NCBI GenBank assembly: GCA_003280965.1
Contig: QCDI01000003.1
Span: forward strand, 32,001 to 96,000
DNA from: Prochlorococcus sp. AG-355-B18
Lineage (GTDB): Bacteria; Cyanobacteriota; Cyanobacteriia; PCC-6307; Cyanobiaceae
Length of the DNA: 64,000 nt
Direction: 5' to 3'
Of this stretch, positions 40,871 through 51,322 are shown piece by piece. Position 1 is the stretch's first letter, and every line of letters starts with the position of its first letter. Below the pieces are notes generated by a model that did no database searches, was not told the origin of the DNA, and saw only the letters and a list, made by a program, of their open reading frames with translations. Both the position numbers and the translations under genes were made by a program.

Positions 40871-43774
40871 TTATTTGAGAACTTTTTTAAGATATTTTGC
40901 TGTATGGCTTGTAGGGTGTTTTGCTACATCTTCAGGAATTCCTTCTGCAATAATTTCGCCGCCTTTATCTCCTCCGTCAGGTCCTAAATCTATGATCCAA
41001 TCAGAGCATCTAATTACGTCTAAGTTATGTTCGATAACAACTACAGAATTCCCTTTATCTACCAAACGTTGTATAACATCCATTAGTTTATGAACATCAT
41101 AAAAACTGAGACCTGTAGTTGGTTCATCAATCAAATATAAAGTTTTTCCAGTAGCTCTTTTAGATAATTCTGTAGCTAACTTAACTCTTTGAGCCTCTCC
41201 ACCAGATAGAGTAGGAGCAGGTTGGCCTAATTTGACATATCCTAAGCCAACATCTACTAGTGTAGATAATCTATCAGCAGCTTGAGGTATAGCAGAAAAG
41301 GTTTCTGCAGCTTGTTCAACAGTCATTTCCAAAACATCAGATATATTAAAACCTTTGTATTTAACTTGAAGAGTTTCCCTGTTAAAGCGAGCTCCTTTGC
41401 ATACTTCACATTGAACATAAACATCAGGTAAAAAATTCATTTCTATGACATTAACTCCCTGGCCTTTACAAGCTTCGCATCTTCCTCCTTTAACATTAAA
41501 ACTAAACTGACCAGCCTGGTAACCCCTTGCTTTTGCTTCCACAGTGGCAGTAAATATTTGCCTTATAGGATCAAAAGCACCTGTATAAGTAGCAGGATTA
41601 GATCTTGGTGTTCTCCCTATTGGAGATTGATCAATAACGATAACTTTATCTATTGCCTTGATACCTTTTAACTCTTTTACTCCTTGAGGAAAAGGAACTT
41701 TTAATCCTAGAGAATGACACAAAGCAGGGTGTAGCAATTCATTTATCAAAGTACTTTTCCCACTGCCGCTTACTCCAGTTACGGAGACTAATCTTCCTAA
41801 TGGAAATTCTACAGATATATTCTTTAAATTATTTTTTGAGCAATTATTTAAAATTAAACTTTTTTTAACTGATGATCTACGTTCTTTTGGAGTAGGAATC
41901 GACTTCCTACCACTGAGATAAGCCCCAGTTAATGACCTCTCTGATTTTAAGACATCTTGATATGATCCCTTAGCAATAATTTCCCCACCGTAAACACCTG
42001 CACCTGGACCAATATCTACTAGATAATCTGCAGATTTCATAGTATCTTCATCATGTTCAACAACAACTAAAGTATTACCAAGGTCTCTCAAGCTTTTTAA
42101 GGTTTCTAATAATCTGTCATTATCTCTCTGATGTAAACCAATACTGGGTTCATCTAATACATATAGAACACCAGTAAGGCCTGCGCCTATTTGCGTAGCC
42201 AATCTAATACGCTGAGCTTCTCCACCAGACAAAGTCATAGCTGGTCTATCTAAAGTTAAATAATCTAGACCAACATTAATTAAAAACTTTAAACGTAAAC
42301 GAATCTCTTTTAAAACCAATTCACCTATCTGCTTTTGTTTTTCTGATAAAGATATATTTTCCTTTTTAGTCTTACCTAATCCCATGATGCGCTCAATATG
42401 AGTTAAGGTTTCAGAAACGCTTATAGAAGTTAAATCAGTAATATTGTATGGACCAATTCTAACTGCCAACGCCTCTGGTCTTAATCTTTTTCCAGAACAT
42501 GTCTTACAAGGAACTAACTCTTGGTACTTTTCTAATTTTTGTTTAACTAATTCTCCATTAGCTTCATTCAATTGCCTTTCTAATATTGGTAAAATTCCTT
42601 CAAAGGGTCTTTCAAAACCACTAGAAGTTTTAAAACGACTATCAGCTTGAATTAATATTGGTTTATCTGATCCTAAAAGTAGAACTTTTTTTTGCAAATC
42701 ACTTAAATCTTTCCAAGGAGTTTTTAACTCAAAACCATAAGCTTGTCCTACAGAATAAAGTAAAGAAAAGTAATAAGTATTATCTTTTTCGCTCCAAGGC
42801 GCTATTGCAGCATAAACCGGTAATGTTTTATCTGGGATAACTCTATCCGCAGTAAATTTTTTTAAATAACCAATTCCATGACAGTCTGGACAAGCTCCAT
42901 ATGGACTATTAAAGGAAAATAATCGTGGAGACAGTTCATCTACAATTGAACCATGAACAGGACATGCATAATTTTCTGAGTAAAGTTTTTCTCTCTCTAG
43001 GTTAGGAGGTAAAGTTTCTCCTTTTTTTGGAACAACCTCTACTACTGCTAAACCATCGCCTCTTTTAAGGCAAGTTTGTAGAGAGTCATTTAATCTTTCT
43101 TGTATTCCTTCTCTTGCAATTAATCTATCAACTACTACCTCAATAGTATGAATTTGATTTTTATCTAATTCAATACTATCAGCAAGTTCTCTTACCTCGC
43201 CATTGATTCTTACTCTAGCGAATCCCTCGGCAGCTAATCCACTTATTAATTTTGTGTGTGTTCCCTTCTTCCCTCTTACAACAGGAGCCAACAACTGATA
43301 CCTTGTTCCTTCTGGCAATAGAAGAATTTGGTCAACCATTTCATCAATTGTTTGAGGCGCAATTGGAATCCCACAGTGATGACAATGTGGTTCACCAGCA
43401 CGACCAAACAATAATCTTAAATAATCTTGTATCTCTGTTACGGTTCCAACTGTTGATCGAGGATTATGACTTGTAGATTTTTGATCAATTGAAATAGCTG
43501 GTGATAAACCCTCAATATTGTCAACATCAGGTTTATCTACTTGACCCAAAAATTGTCTAGCATATGCCGAAAGACTCTCAACATATCTTCTTTGACCTTC
43601 AGCAAAAATTGTATCAAAAGCTAAAGAACTTTTTCCGCTTCCACTAACACCTGTAAAAACTATAAATTTATTCCTAGGTAAAGAGAGGTCAATATTTTTT
43701 AAATTATGCTGACGAGCTCCTCTAATATTAATTGAATTATCTTCTTCAAAAGTATTATTAATCTTTTTAACCAT
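40871..43774 (-). CDS. uvrA: Excinuclease ABC subunit A
   Basis: Two GVSGSGKS Walker A motifs, LSGGEAQR, zinc fingers. Confidence 0.99.
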   Translation of the reverse strand: MVKKINNTFEEDNSINIRGARQHNLKNIDLSLPRNKFIVFTGVSGSGKSSLAFDTIFAEGQRRYVESLSAYARQFLGQVDKPDVDNIEGLSPAISIDQKSTSHNPRSTVGTVTEIQDYLRLLFGRAGEPHCHHCGIPIAPQTIDEMVDQILLLPEGTRYQLLAPVVRGKKGTHTKLISGLAAEGFARVRINGEVRELADSIELDKNQIHTIEVVVDRLIAREGIQERLNDSLQTCLKRGDGLAVVEVVPKKGETLPPNLEREKLYSENYACPVHGSIVDELSPRLFSFNSPYGACPDCHGIGYLKKFTADRVIPDKTLPVYAAIAPWSEKDNTYYFSLLYSVGQAYGFELKTPWKDLSDLQKKVLLLGSDKPILIQADSRFKTSSGFERPFEGILPILERQLNEANGELVKQKLEKYQELVPCKTCSGKRLRPEALAVRIGPYNITDLTSISVSETLTHIERIMGLGKTKKENISLSEKQKQIGELVLKEIRLRLKFLINVGLDYLTLDRPAMTLSGGEAQRIRLATQIGAGLTGVLYVLDEPSIGLHQRDNDRLLETLKSLRDLGNTLVVVEHDEDTMKSADYLVDIGPGAGVYGGEIIAKGSYQDVLKSERSLTGAYLSGRKSIPTPKERRSSVKKSLILNNCSKNNLKNISVEFPLGRLVSVTGVSGSGKSTLINELLHPALCHSLGLKVPFPQGVKELKGIKAIDKVIVIDQSPIGRTPRSNPATYTGAFDPIRQIFTATVEAKARGYQAGQFSFNVKGGRCEACKGQGVNVIEMNFLPDVYVQCEVCKGARFNRETLQVKYKGFNISDVLEMTVEQAAETFSAIPQAADRLSTLVDVGLGYVKLGQPAPTLSGGEAQRVKLATELSKRATGKTLYLIDEPTTGLSFYDVHKLMDVIQRLVDKGNSVVVIEHNLDVIRCSDWIIDLGPDGGDKGGEIIAEGIPEDVAKHPTSHTAKYLKKVLK

Positions 43775-43826
43775 GTTTAATCTTTCTATGGTTTAAAAAA
43801 AATATTATAGAGGAATTTTTTCTGTT

Positions 43827-45506
43827 TTATGCAGCTGCTCGTTCGAGAAGTCTAGAAGCGTAATCATTTGCTTCGCTAGAACCTCCCCCAATCATTTCAA
43901 TTAATTCATTTTTTCTTTCTTTTTTTGTCGATAATTTTGATATGGAAGTATAAGTTAATCCATCTCTTACATCTTTATACACCTTAAAGTGAGCATATCC
44001 TCTAGCAGCTAAAAAAGGCTGATGAGTAATACATAAAACCTGTTGGGCTTTAGATATTTCTTTAATTAATTGAACCAAAGCAAATAAAGATTTACCACTC
44101 AAACCATTATCAATTTCGTCTAAAAAGAAAGTATTAGGTTTTTTTGAAATACTAGATTTAATCGCCAATAAGAATCTTGACATTTCTCCACCAGAAATAA
44201 CACTTGATAAAGGAGCTAGCCTCTGATCAGGATTAGCAGAAAATAAAAATTGTATATCATCAATACCATCACCAGAAGGCTTACATTCGGAAAATTGAAT
44301 TAAAAAATTTGCATTTTCTAATCCTAAATCTCTTAAAATAGAGATTACTGAATCTTGTAACTGTTTAGCAATTTTTTTTCTTTCAATAGACTTAGTGAGA
44401 AATAAAGAATTCAACTTACTTTGTAAGTTTTTGAATTGATTTTCCATATTACGAATTTCATTATCTTGGCCGCTTTCTGAGCAATATGCCCTTAATTGAT
44501 CTCGCTTTTCAATTAGTTGAGGTATGTCCAGTGAAAATTTTCTTTCCAAGTTTTTTAAAAAAAATAATCTTTTTTGTATTTCTGATAGATTTGATTCATT
44601 ATTATCTATGTCATTTAAATAGGAGCTTAAAGCAAAAATTAAATCTTCAACACAAGTCTGGATATGTAATAAATTTTCTCTAAACTTATGAATTTCTAAA
44701 TCAAAATCTGCTGTTTTATTTAAATTTTTTATAGATTGATTTATCAATGAAGCAACTGATTGTTCATCATGACTGAAATTATTTAAGTTATTTAAAGATG
44801 ATTGAATTGAATTATTAATTTCGAGATTATTTACAAGTTTATTTTCTAATACCTCTAATTCTAAGATTTCCTCATTAGAATCTAAGTTAGCTTCCTCTAA
44901 AGTCTTCAACATTTGTTGGATTACTAAGTTACTTTCTTCTTTCTTCCTTGAGGATTCTATTTTTTCAGTCATTAATCCTTTTAAAATTTGACTTTCACCC
45001 CATATATTTTTAATCTTTACGCTATTGTCTCTAAATTCTTGCGAACATAAATCATCAATAATTAATCTTCTCTGATCTTGAGAATCAAATATAAAAGTAT
45101 CAGATTGACCTGCAAAATCTATTAATAATCTTCCAAGTTCTTCTAAAGATTTTTTATTAATTGATAAATTGTTCAGGCTATATTTAGATAAAACTTTATT
45201 ATTTTTTCTATAGGATATTCTTTTAATATTGAGTTCTGAAGAGCTACTTTTAAAACCATTACTAGTTAGCCAGTTATTGATTTGAAAAGAAGAAGAAAAC
45301 TTTGCCTCGATAACACAATTATCTTTTCCTGGACGTATTAAGTGCTTTAAAGGTATATTGGTTCCACCAAATAAAACATTTAAGGAATCTAAAATCAACG
45401 ATTTTCCCGAACCAGAATCCCCAGTAATGATATTCAAACCTTTTTCGAAATTAATTTCTATAATTTCTATTAGAGCAATATTTTCTAACTTTAATTTTAT
45501 TAGCAT
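43827..45506 (-). CDS. recN: DNA repair protein RecN
   Basis: TGDSGSGKS, long coiled coil, SGGEMSR, DEID, CITHQP. Confidence 0.93.
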   Translation of the reverse strand: MLIKLKLENIALIEIIEINFEKGLNIITGDSGSGKSLILDSLNVLFGGTNIPLKHLIRPGKDNCVIEAKFSSSFQINNWLTSNGFKSSSSELNIKRISYRKNNKVLSKYSLNNLSINKKSLEELGRLLIDFAGQSDTFIFDSQDQRRLIIDDLCSQEFRDNSVKIKNIWGESQILKGLMTEKIESSRKKEESNLVIQQMLKTLEEANLDSNEEILELEVLENKLVNNLEINNSIQSSLNNLNNFSHDEQSVASLINQSIKNLNKTADFDLEIHKFRENLLHIQTCVEDLIFALSSYLNDIDNNESNLSEIQKRLFFLKNLERKFSLDIPQLIEKRDQLRAYCSESGQDNEIRNMENQFKNLQSKLNSLFLTKSIERKKIAKQLQDSVISILRDLGLENANFLIQFSECKPSGDGIDDIQFLFSANPDQRLAPLSSVISGGEMSRFLLAIKSSISKKPNTFFLDEIDNGLSGKSLFALVQLIKEISKAQQVLCITHQPFLAARGYAHFKVYKDVRDGLTYTSISKLSTKKERKNELIEMIGGGSSEANDYASRLLERAAA

Positions 45507-45574
45507 GATAAAACTTCCTTATAAAAAAAATAACTTCTTTTTTAGAAAAATAAAGGTTTTAAATATATAAAGTT

Positions 45575-47431
45575 ATGAAAGAAGATTTTACTGATTTTAT
45601 TGAAGTGTCTGGCCTGTTGGAATATGATCCAGATACAATATCAAAAATATACCAAAAAAACCCGAAAAGGCTTTTAAAAAGACTTTGGCAAACGCTTATA
45701 CCTATTTTTGCTTATATATTTTCTGTTGGTTGGGATAAATTAACTGGAAGACTGAAAAATGAAGCCAAAGCAAGATTTAGGGCAAAGGAATTAACAAATT
45801 TATTAGTAGAACTTGGGCCAGCATTTGTGAAAGCAGGTCAAGCTTTATCAACAAGACCAGATATCATTCCGGCGATACTTCTTGAAGAGTTATCTGAATT
45901 GCAAGATCAACTTCCAGGCTTTGACGGAGATAAAGCTATGGAATTAATAGAAGAAGATTTAGGATCCAAAATAGATGAAATTTTTTTAGAAATTGATAAA
46001 GAGCCCATTTCTGCAGCTTCTTTAGGACAAGTGCATAAAGCCAAACTAAAGAATGAGGAAGTTGTTGCAGTTAAAGTACAACGACCAGGTTTAAGAGAAC
46101 AAATTACTTTAGATCTTTACATTGTAAGAAATATTGCTTATTGGCTTAAAAATAATATTGGATTGATAAGAAGCGATCTCGTTGCATTAATTGATGAATT
46201 AGGAAAAAGGGTTTTCGAAGAAATGGATTATTTAAATGAAGCCGAAAATGCTGAAAAATTTAGAAATATGCATAAACATAACCAAATGATTGCGGTGCCA
46301 AAAATATTTAAAGAAATAACTTCAAGAAGGGTTTTAACTATGGAATGGATCGATGGTACAAAATTAACTAATTTAGAAGATGTAAAAAAATTAGGTATCG
46401 ACCCAGACAAAATGATTGACATTGGAGTGCAATGCAGTTTAGAACAACTTTTAGAACATGGTTTTTTTCATGCTGACCCTCATCCAGGGAATTTATTAGC
46501 TCTGAAAGATGGAAGACTTTGTTATCTAGATTTTGGAATGATGAGTGAGGTTTCCAGAGACTCTAGATCTGGTTTAATACAAGCAGTTGTACATTTGGTG
46601 AATAAAAACTTCGATAAACTTTCTCAAGATTTCGTAAAATTAGGATTCTTATCAGAAGAAGTAAATCTAGAGCCAATAGTTCCAGCATTTCAAGATGTTT
46701 TTATTAACGCGGTTGAGCAAGGTGTTTCAAAAATGGATTTCAAAAGCGTTACAGACGATATGTCTGGTGTGATGTATAAATTCCCATTTAAATTGCCTCC
46801 ATATTACGCGCTTATTATTAGGTCATTACTTACATTAGAAGGAATTGCTTTAAGCGTAGACCCAAAATTTAAAATACTTGGTGCAGCTTATCCATATTTC
46901 GCGAGAAGGTTGATGGAAGATCCTGATCCACAATTAAGAGAAAGCTTGAAAGAAATGCTTTTTGATAATAAAAAATTTAAATGGGACCGATTAGAAGATT
47001 TATTATCTAATGCTGCAAAACAAACAAATCTCGATTTAGAAAAACTTTTGGATGAAGTTATAAATCTTCTTTTTTCTTCAAAAGGGGGATTTCTCAGAGA
47101 TGAAATAATTGAAGGATTAACAAACCAAATAGATTTATTTAGTCTGAGAATATTAAAAAATTTAAATAACTACCTTCCAAGCTCCATCAAATTAAATACA
47201 ACTGATGAAACCAATAACTTGAATGATCTTATAATACAAATAGAGCCATTAAGAAACTTTTTAGAAATTATACAAAAAGTTCCTGGCTACTCAATTGATA
47301 TTTTTATAAAAAGAGTTCCTCGACTTATAAATGAACCTTATACAAAAGAAATGGGTATAAAAATTGCAAAAAAGGTAACAGAAAAAGGAGTTGTTAGACT
47401 TGTAAAAATTGCTGCTGGTGCAAATATTTGA
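45575..47431 (+). CDS. AarF/ABC1/UbiB family atypical kinase
   Basis: LGPAFVKAGQ, AASLGQV, VAVKVQRP, FFHADPHPGN, YLDFGM. Confidence 0.95.
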   Translation: MKEDFTDFIEVSGLLEYDPDTISKIYQKNPKRLLKRLWQTLIPIFAYIFSVGWDKLTGRLKNEAKARFRAKELTNLLVELGPAFVKAGQALSTRPDIIPAILLEELSELQDQLPGFDGDKAMELIEEDLGSKIDEIFLEIDKEPISAASLGQVHKAKLKNEEVVAVKVQRPGLREQITLDLYIVRNIAYWLKNNIGLIRSDLVALIDELGKRVFEEMDYLNEAENAEKFRNMHKHNQMIAVPKIFKEITSRRVLTMEWIDGTKLTNLEDVKKLGIDPDKMIDIGVQCSLEQLLEHGFFHADPHPGNLLALKDGRLCYLDFGMMSEVSRDSRSGLIQAVVHLVNKNFDKLSQDFVKLGFLSEEVNLEPIVPAFQDVFINAVEQGVSKMDFKSVTDDMSGVMYKFPFKLPPYYALIIRSLLTLEGIALSVDPKFKILGAAYPYFARRLMEDPDPQLRESLKEMLFDNKKFKWDRLEDLLSNAAKQTNLDLEKLLDEVINLLFSSKGGFLRDEIIEGLTNQIDLFSLRILKNLNNYLPSSIKLNTTDETNNLNDLIIQIEPLRNFLEIIQKVPGYSIDIFIKRVPRLINEPYTKEMGIKIAKKVTEKGVVRLVKIAAGANI

Positions 47432-47432
47432 A

Positions 47433-48005
47433 ATGAAGTTAAGTAAATTTTTAATAGTTAAAATAATTTTTATATTTATTAGTTCTCAATTAATTTTTAG
47501 TGTTTCAAAAGTTAAAGCTGCTGAAGAAATTAAAATTGTATACAGCCTATTTTCTAGAACCATTAAAGTAAGTTCATTAAAAAGTTTTGCTGAAGGAGGT
47601 AATTCAACAAAAACACTTAAAAAAATTTTAAAAGCAACAGGTTCTGCTGATAAAGAGATTAAATCAGTACTAAATAAAAAATTTGAAATCCCTATAACAA
47701 TTGCAAGCAAATTAGTATATTCAGAAATAGGAAATATTTTTCTAACAAGACTTTCATCTATTATTCATCCCCCCAATACAGATGACGCAAGAACCGGTAT
47801 GTTAGCCCTAAGAGCAAGTGTTGTTCAAGGAATTAAGATTGGAAATGGAAAAATAAATCTTATAAATTTTTTTGAAGGATATCCAACTAAAACTGTTATT
47901 TTAGATGTAAATGCTTTGAGCAAAGTTATGAATAAAGTAGAATCAATTTCAGAATTATTAGATTTTTTTACCAATTCACCCTTAGAAAAAATTAAAACAA
48001 ACTAA
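47433..48005 (+). CDS. DUF1400-like (alpha/beta hydrolase N-terminal) protein with signal peptide
   Basis: Signal ending VKA-AEEI; ALRASV; FFEGYPT. Confidence 0.75.
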   Translation: MKLSKFLIVKIIFIFISSQLIFSVSKVKAAEEIKIVYSLFSRTIKVSSLKSFAEGGNSTKTLKKILKATGSADKEIKSVLNKKFEIPITIASKLVYSEIGNIFLTRLSSIIHPPNTDDARTGMLALRASVVQGIKIGNGKINLINFFEGYPTKTVILDVNALSKVMNKVESISELLDFFTNSPLEKIKTN

Positions 48006-48011
48006 ACAGTT

Positions 48012-49115
48012 ATGGTGCTATTAAATAAAATTAAAAATAAACTGGGTATTAACTATAGAAAAAAAAGATGGCCCGGTTTAATCGAAGCTTACAAACAATA
48101 TCTTCCAGTTACAAAAAAAACCCCTATTATCTCACTAAATGAAGGAAATACACCATTAATTCTCAGTGACTCACTTGGAAAATTAATTGGAAATGGAACA
48201 AAAGTTTTTTTAAAATATGATGGTCTAAATCCCACAGGATCTTTTAAAGATCGCGGGATGACCATGGCTATAAGCAAAGCAAAAGAAGAAGGTCGTGAAG
48301 CAGTTATTTGTGCCAGTACTGGAAACACCTCTGCTGCTGCTGCTGCATATGCTTCTAGGGGAGGATTAAAACCGTATGTTTTAATCCCAGAGGGATTTGT
48401 TGCACAAGGAAAACTCGCACAAGCTTTAATGTATGGAGCTGAGATCATATCAATAAATGGAAACTTTGATAAAGCTCTAGAAATTGTGAGAGATTTATCT
48501 TCAGAACATCCAATAGAACTTGTTAATTCTGTTAATCCATATCGAATAGAAGGCCAAAAAACAGCCGCCTTTGAAATTGTTGATGATTTAGGTTTTGCAC
48601 CTGATTGGCTTTGTATTCCAATGGGAAATGCGGGAAATATAACTGCTTATTGGTTAGGTTTTAAAGAATATTCAAAAATAAAAAGGAATTTGAGGTTGCC
48701 AACTATGATGGGTTTTCAATCTGAAGGATCGGCACCATTAGTTAAAAATATAATTGTTAAAGACCCTGAGACAATTGCAACTGCTATAAGAATCGGGAAC
48801 CCTGTTAATAGAGAAAAGGCAAAGAAAGTAAAAAAAGAAAGTAAAGGAGATTTTCAGTCAGTTACAGATGAAGAAATAATTAATGCTTATAAGATCCTCG
48901 CAAAAGAAGGAGTATTTTGTGAACCTGCTAGTGCTGCTTCAGTTGCTGGACTCATAAAAAATAAAAATAGAATTCAAAAAGGTTCGAAAATCGTTTGTGT
49001 CCTTACTGGAAATGGATTGAAAGATCCTGATTGCGCTATTAAAAATAATGATGCTATTTTCAGAAAAAACATTGAGCCTTCGTTAAAAAATATAACCAAA
49101 ATCTTAGGATATTAG
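48012..49115 (+). CDS. thrC: Threonine synthase
   Basis: [39 protein letters not shown]. Confidence 0.97.
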   Translation: MVLLNKIKNKLGINYRKKRWPGLIEAYKQYLPVTKKTPIISLNEGNTPLILSDSLGKLIGNGTKVFLKYDGLNPTGSFKDRGMTMAISKAKEEGREAVICASTGNTSAAAAAYASRGGLKPYVLIPEGFVAQGKLAQALMYGAEIISINGNFDKALEIVRDLSSEHPIELVNSVNPYRIEGQKTAAFEIVDDLGFAPDWLCIPMGNAGNITAYWLGFKEYSKIKRNLRLPTMMGFQSEGSAPLVKNIIVKDPETIATAIRIGNPVNREKAKKVKKESKGDFQSVTDEEIINAYKILAKEGVFCEPASAASVAGLIKNKNRIQKGSKIVCVLTGNGLKDPDCAIKNNDAIFRKNIEPSLKNITKILGY

Positions 49116-49452
49116 TATCCAAAAAAATTAGTGTCTGTGGAAATCAGTAATAAACAAGCTTAAATTGTTGAAAAACAAAATAAAAGTAATTCGTTTTGTT
49201 AATTAAAGAAAGAACTAGTTTAAAAATTTAAATTTATTCAACAAATAGAAAAATTTTTCCACCTTTTTAAATATTGAAAAACAAAGCAAGGTAGGTGAAT
49301 AAATTCAAAATTCCACAATTTCCACAATTACTACTACTACTAAATTTATTTATTTTTTATTTATTTTTATATTAGAAAAGTAAATAAAGTAAGTTATTGA
49401 ATTTAATTTACGAAAAAAGTATATTGTATTTGTAAAAAAGTTCCAAAGTCCG
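49116..49452. other. oriC: Chromosomal replication origin oriC
   Basis: Intergenic region upstream of dnaN. DnaA-box-like 9-mers at 49136-44 (-), 49166-74 (-), 49235-43, 49255-63, 49294-302 (-), 49309-17, 49318-26; then (TAC)4 and an AT-rich tract. Confidence 0.9.
49329..49342 (+). repeat. DnaA-trio array TACTACTACTACTA
   Basis: Directly 3' of tandem boxes AATTCCACA-ATTTCCACA and 5' of an almost pure A/T tract. Confidence 0.8.
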
Positions 49453-50610
49453 ATGGAGATTATTTGTAATCAAAATGAGTTAAATAATGCTATTCAATTA
49501 GTCAATAAAGCAGTTTCTTCAAGACCAACTCATCCAATTCTTGCAAATATACTTTTAACAGCCGATCAAGGAACAAATAAAATTAGCTTAACGGGATTTG
49601 ATCTCAACTTAGGAATTCAAACTTCTTTTGATGGAACTGTTACAAATAGCGGGGCTATTACGATACCTTCAAAACTTTTATCAGAAATAGTTAATAAATT
49701 ACCCAGTGAAACTCCTGTTTCCTTAGAAGTAGATGAGAATTCTGAAAGTATTTTAATTAAAAGTGATAGAGGTTCTTTTAATATAAAAGGTATTCCCTCT
49801 GATGATTATCCAAAATTACCATTTGTTGAAAGTGGAACTTCTTTAAATATTGAACCTAGTTCTTTTTTAAAATCTTTAAAATCTACGATTTTTGCTAGTA
49901 GTAATGATGATTCAAAGCAATTACTTACAGGAGTCAATTTTAGCTTTAAACAAAATTATTTAGAGTCTGCTTCCACAGATGGTCATAGATTGGCTGTAGC
50001 GTTAATAGGTAACGAAGAATATATAGAAAATAAAGATAACTCACTTTTAAATGAAGGTGATCTATCAGTTACTATTCCAACTAGATCATTGAGAGAAATA
50101 GAAAAACTAGTTTCTTTAAAAAGCTCAGAAAAATCAATAAAGCTTTTTTACGATAAAGGTCAGGTAGTGTTTATTTCTTCTAATCAAATAATTACAACTA
50201 GAACTCTCGAAGGTACTTACCCGAATTATTCGCAATTAATTCCTGATACTTTTTCTAAGATTTTTAATTTTAATACTAAAAGATTAATTGATGCATTAGA
50301 AAGAATTGCTGTTTTGGCAGATCAGCAGAGTAATGTTGTGAAGATTAAATTAGATAATACAGATTCAGCTTCAATCAGTGCAGATGCAAAAGATATTGGA
50401 AATGCTAACGAAACTGTTCCTGTTTCATACTCTGGAGAAAATTTTGATATTGCATTTAATGTTAGATATCTTTTAGAAGGTTTAAGAGTTATTTCTTCAG
50501 AAAATGTACTTTTAAAATGTAATCTTTCAACTACTCCAGCTGTTTTTGTACCAGAAGATAATCTGAATTCTTTTACTTATTTAGTTATGCCTGTACAGGT
50601 TCGTTCTTAA
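49453..50610 (+). CDS. dnaN: DNA polymerase III beta clamp
   Basis: HPILAN, LTGV, STDGHRLA, EGTYPNY, IAFNVRYL, YLVMPV. Confidence 0.98.
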   Translation: MEIICNQNELNNAIQLVNKAVSSRPTHPILANILLTADQGTNKISLTGFDLNLGIQTSFDGTVTNSGAITIPSKLLSEIVNKLPSETPVSLEVDENSESILIKSDRGSFNIKGIPSDDYPKLPFVESGTSLNIEPSSFLKSLKSTIFASSNDDSKQLLTGVNFSFKQNYLESASTDGHRLAVALIGNEEYIENKDNSLLNEGDLSVTIPTRSLREIEKLVSLKSSEKSIKLFYDKGQVVFISSNQIITTRTLEGTYPNYSQLIPDTFSKIFNFNTKRLIDALERIAVLADQQSNVVKIKLDNTDSASISADAKDIGNANETVPVSYSGENFDIAFNVRYLLEGLRVISSENVLLKCNLSTTPAVFVPEDNLNSFTYLVMPVQVRS

Positions 50611-50611
50611 T

Positions 50612-51319
50612 TTGAAACTACCTAAAGAAATTTTATTAAGTGAATTACTAAATTACAGTGTTAAGGGCAATTTGGCTCTTAATTACGGAAATGGTGAAAA
50701 TGTTTGGATGCATCCTCCAGTGCATAGAATTTTAGGATGGTACTCTCGTCCTTCAAATTTTGATTTAAAACGTAATGTCTGGCGATTAAATCAAATTATT
50801 CAAATAATAGATAATGAAATTTATGTGAAAGGTGAGCCAGCGATTTCTGATTTGGCAACTTTAAACAGGTTCCCAACTTTAATAGAAGCTAATCTGATAA
50901 ATATTAATGGTTCAAAAATAGGAGTTATTGCTGACTTTTTATTCGAAATAAAAACTGGAAAAATTAAATATTATTTGGTTTCTAGATCTAATCCTAAGAT
51001 TCCAGGTTCTAGCAGATGGAAATTAAATATTGAAAATATTAATGATCAACAACCAGGTTTAGTTTTTTGTGAAAGTAGTTCTTTAGATGATTTATTTTTA
51101 ATAAAATCAAGTTTTAAAAATGAATTTTTGCAAAAAGGAAAAAAAATTTTTACTAGATTTGATGATATGAAAAATATAGCTGCTAATAGATTAGAGGATT
51201 GGCTTGAAGAAGATGAAGATATAAACCAAAAGTTAGATTTTGAAGAAAAAAGTTTTTATAATGATGATAAAACATCAAGATCTTTTAGTGATAAAAAAGA
51301 AGATGACCCTTGGATTTAA
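50612..51319 (+). CDS. PRC-barrel domain protein
   Basis: WMHPPVHRILGW; IGVIADFLFEIKTGKIKYYLV PRC-like strand pattern; acidic tail DDPWI. Confidence 0.75.
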   Translation: MKLPKEILLSELLNYSVKGNLALNYGNGENVWMHPPVHRILGWYSRPSNFDLKRNVWRLNQIIQIIDNEIYVKGEPAISDLATLNRFPTLIEANLININGSKIGVIADFLFEIKTGKIKYYLVSRSNPKIPGSSRWKLNIENINDQQPGLVFCESSSLDDLFLIKSSFKNEFLQKGKKIFTRFDDMKNIAANRLEDWLEEDEDINQKLDFEEKSFYNDDKTSRSFSDKKEDDPWI

Positions 51320-51322
51320 AGA

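Noticed and set aside
40871..45574. LexA box upstream of recN/uvrA (also looked for upstream of sprT and the ligase)
   Set aside because: No AGTAC-N4-GTACT-like palindrome found by eye
48330..48347. (GCT)n trinucleotide repeat in thrC
   Set aside because: It simply encodes the conserved SAAAAAY alanine run
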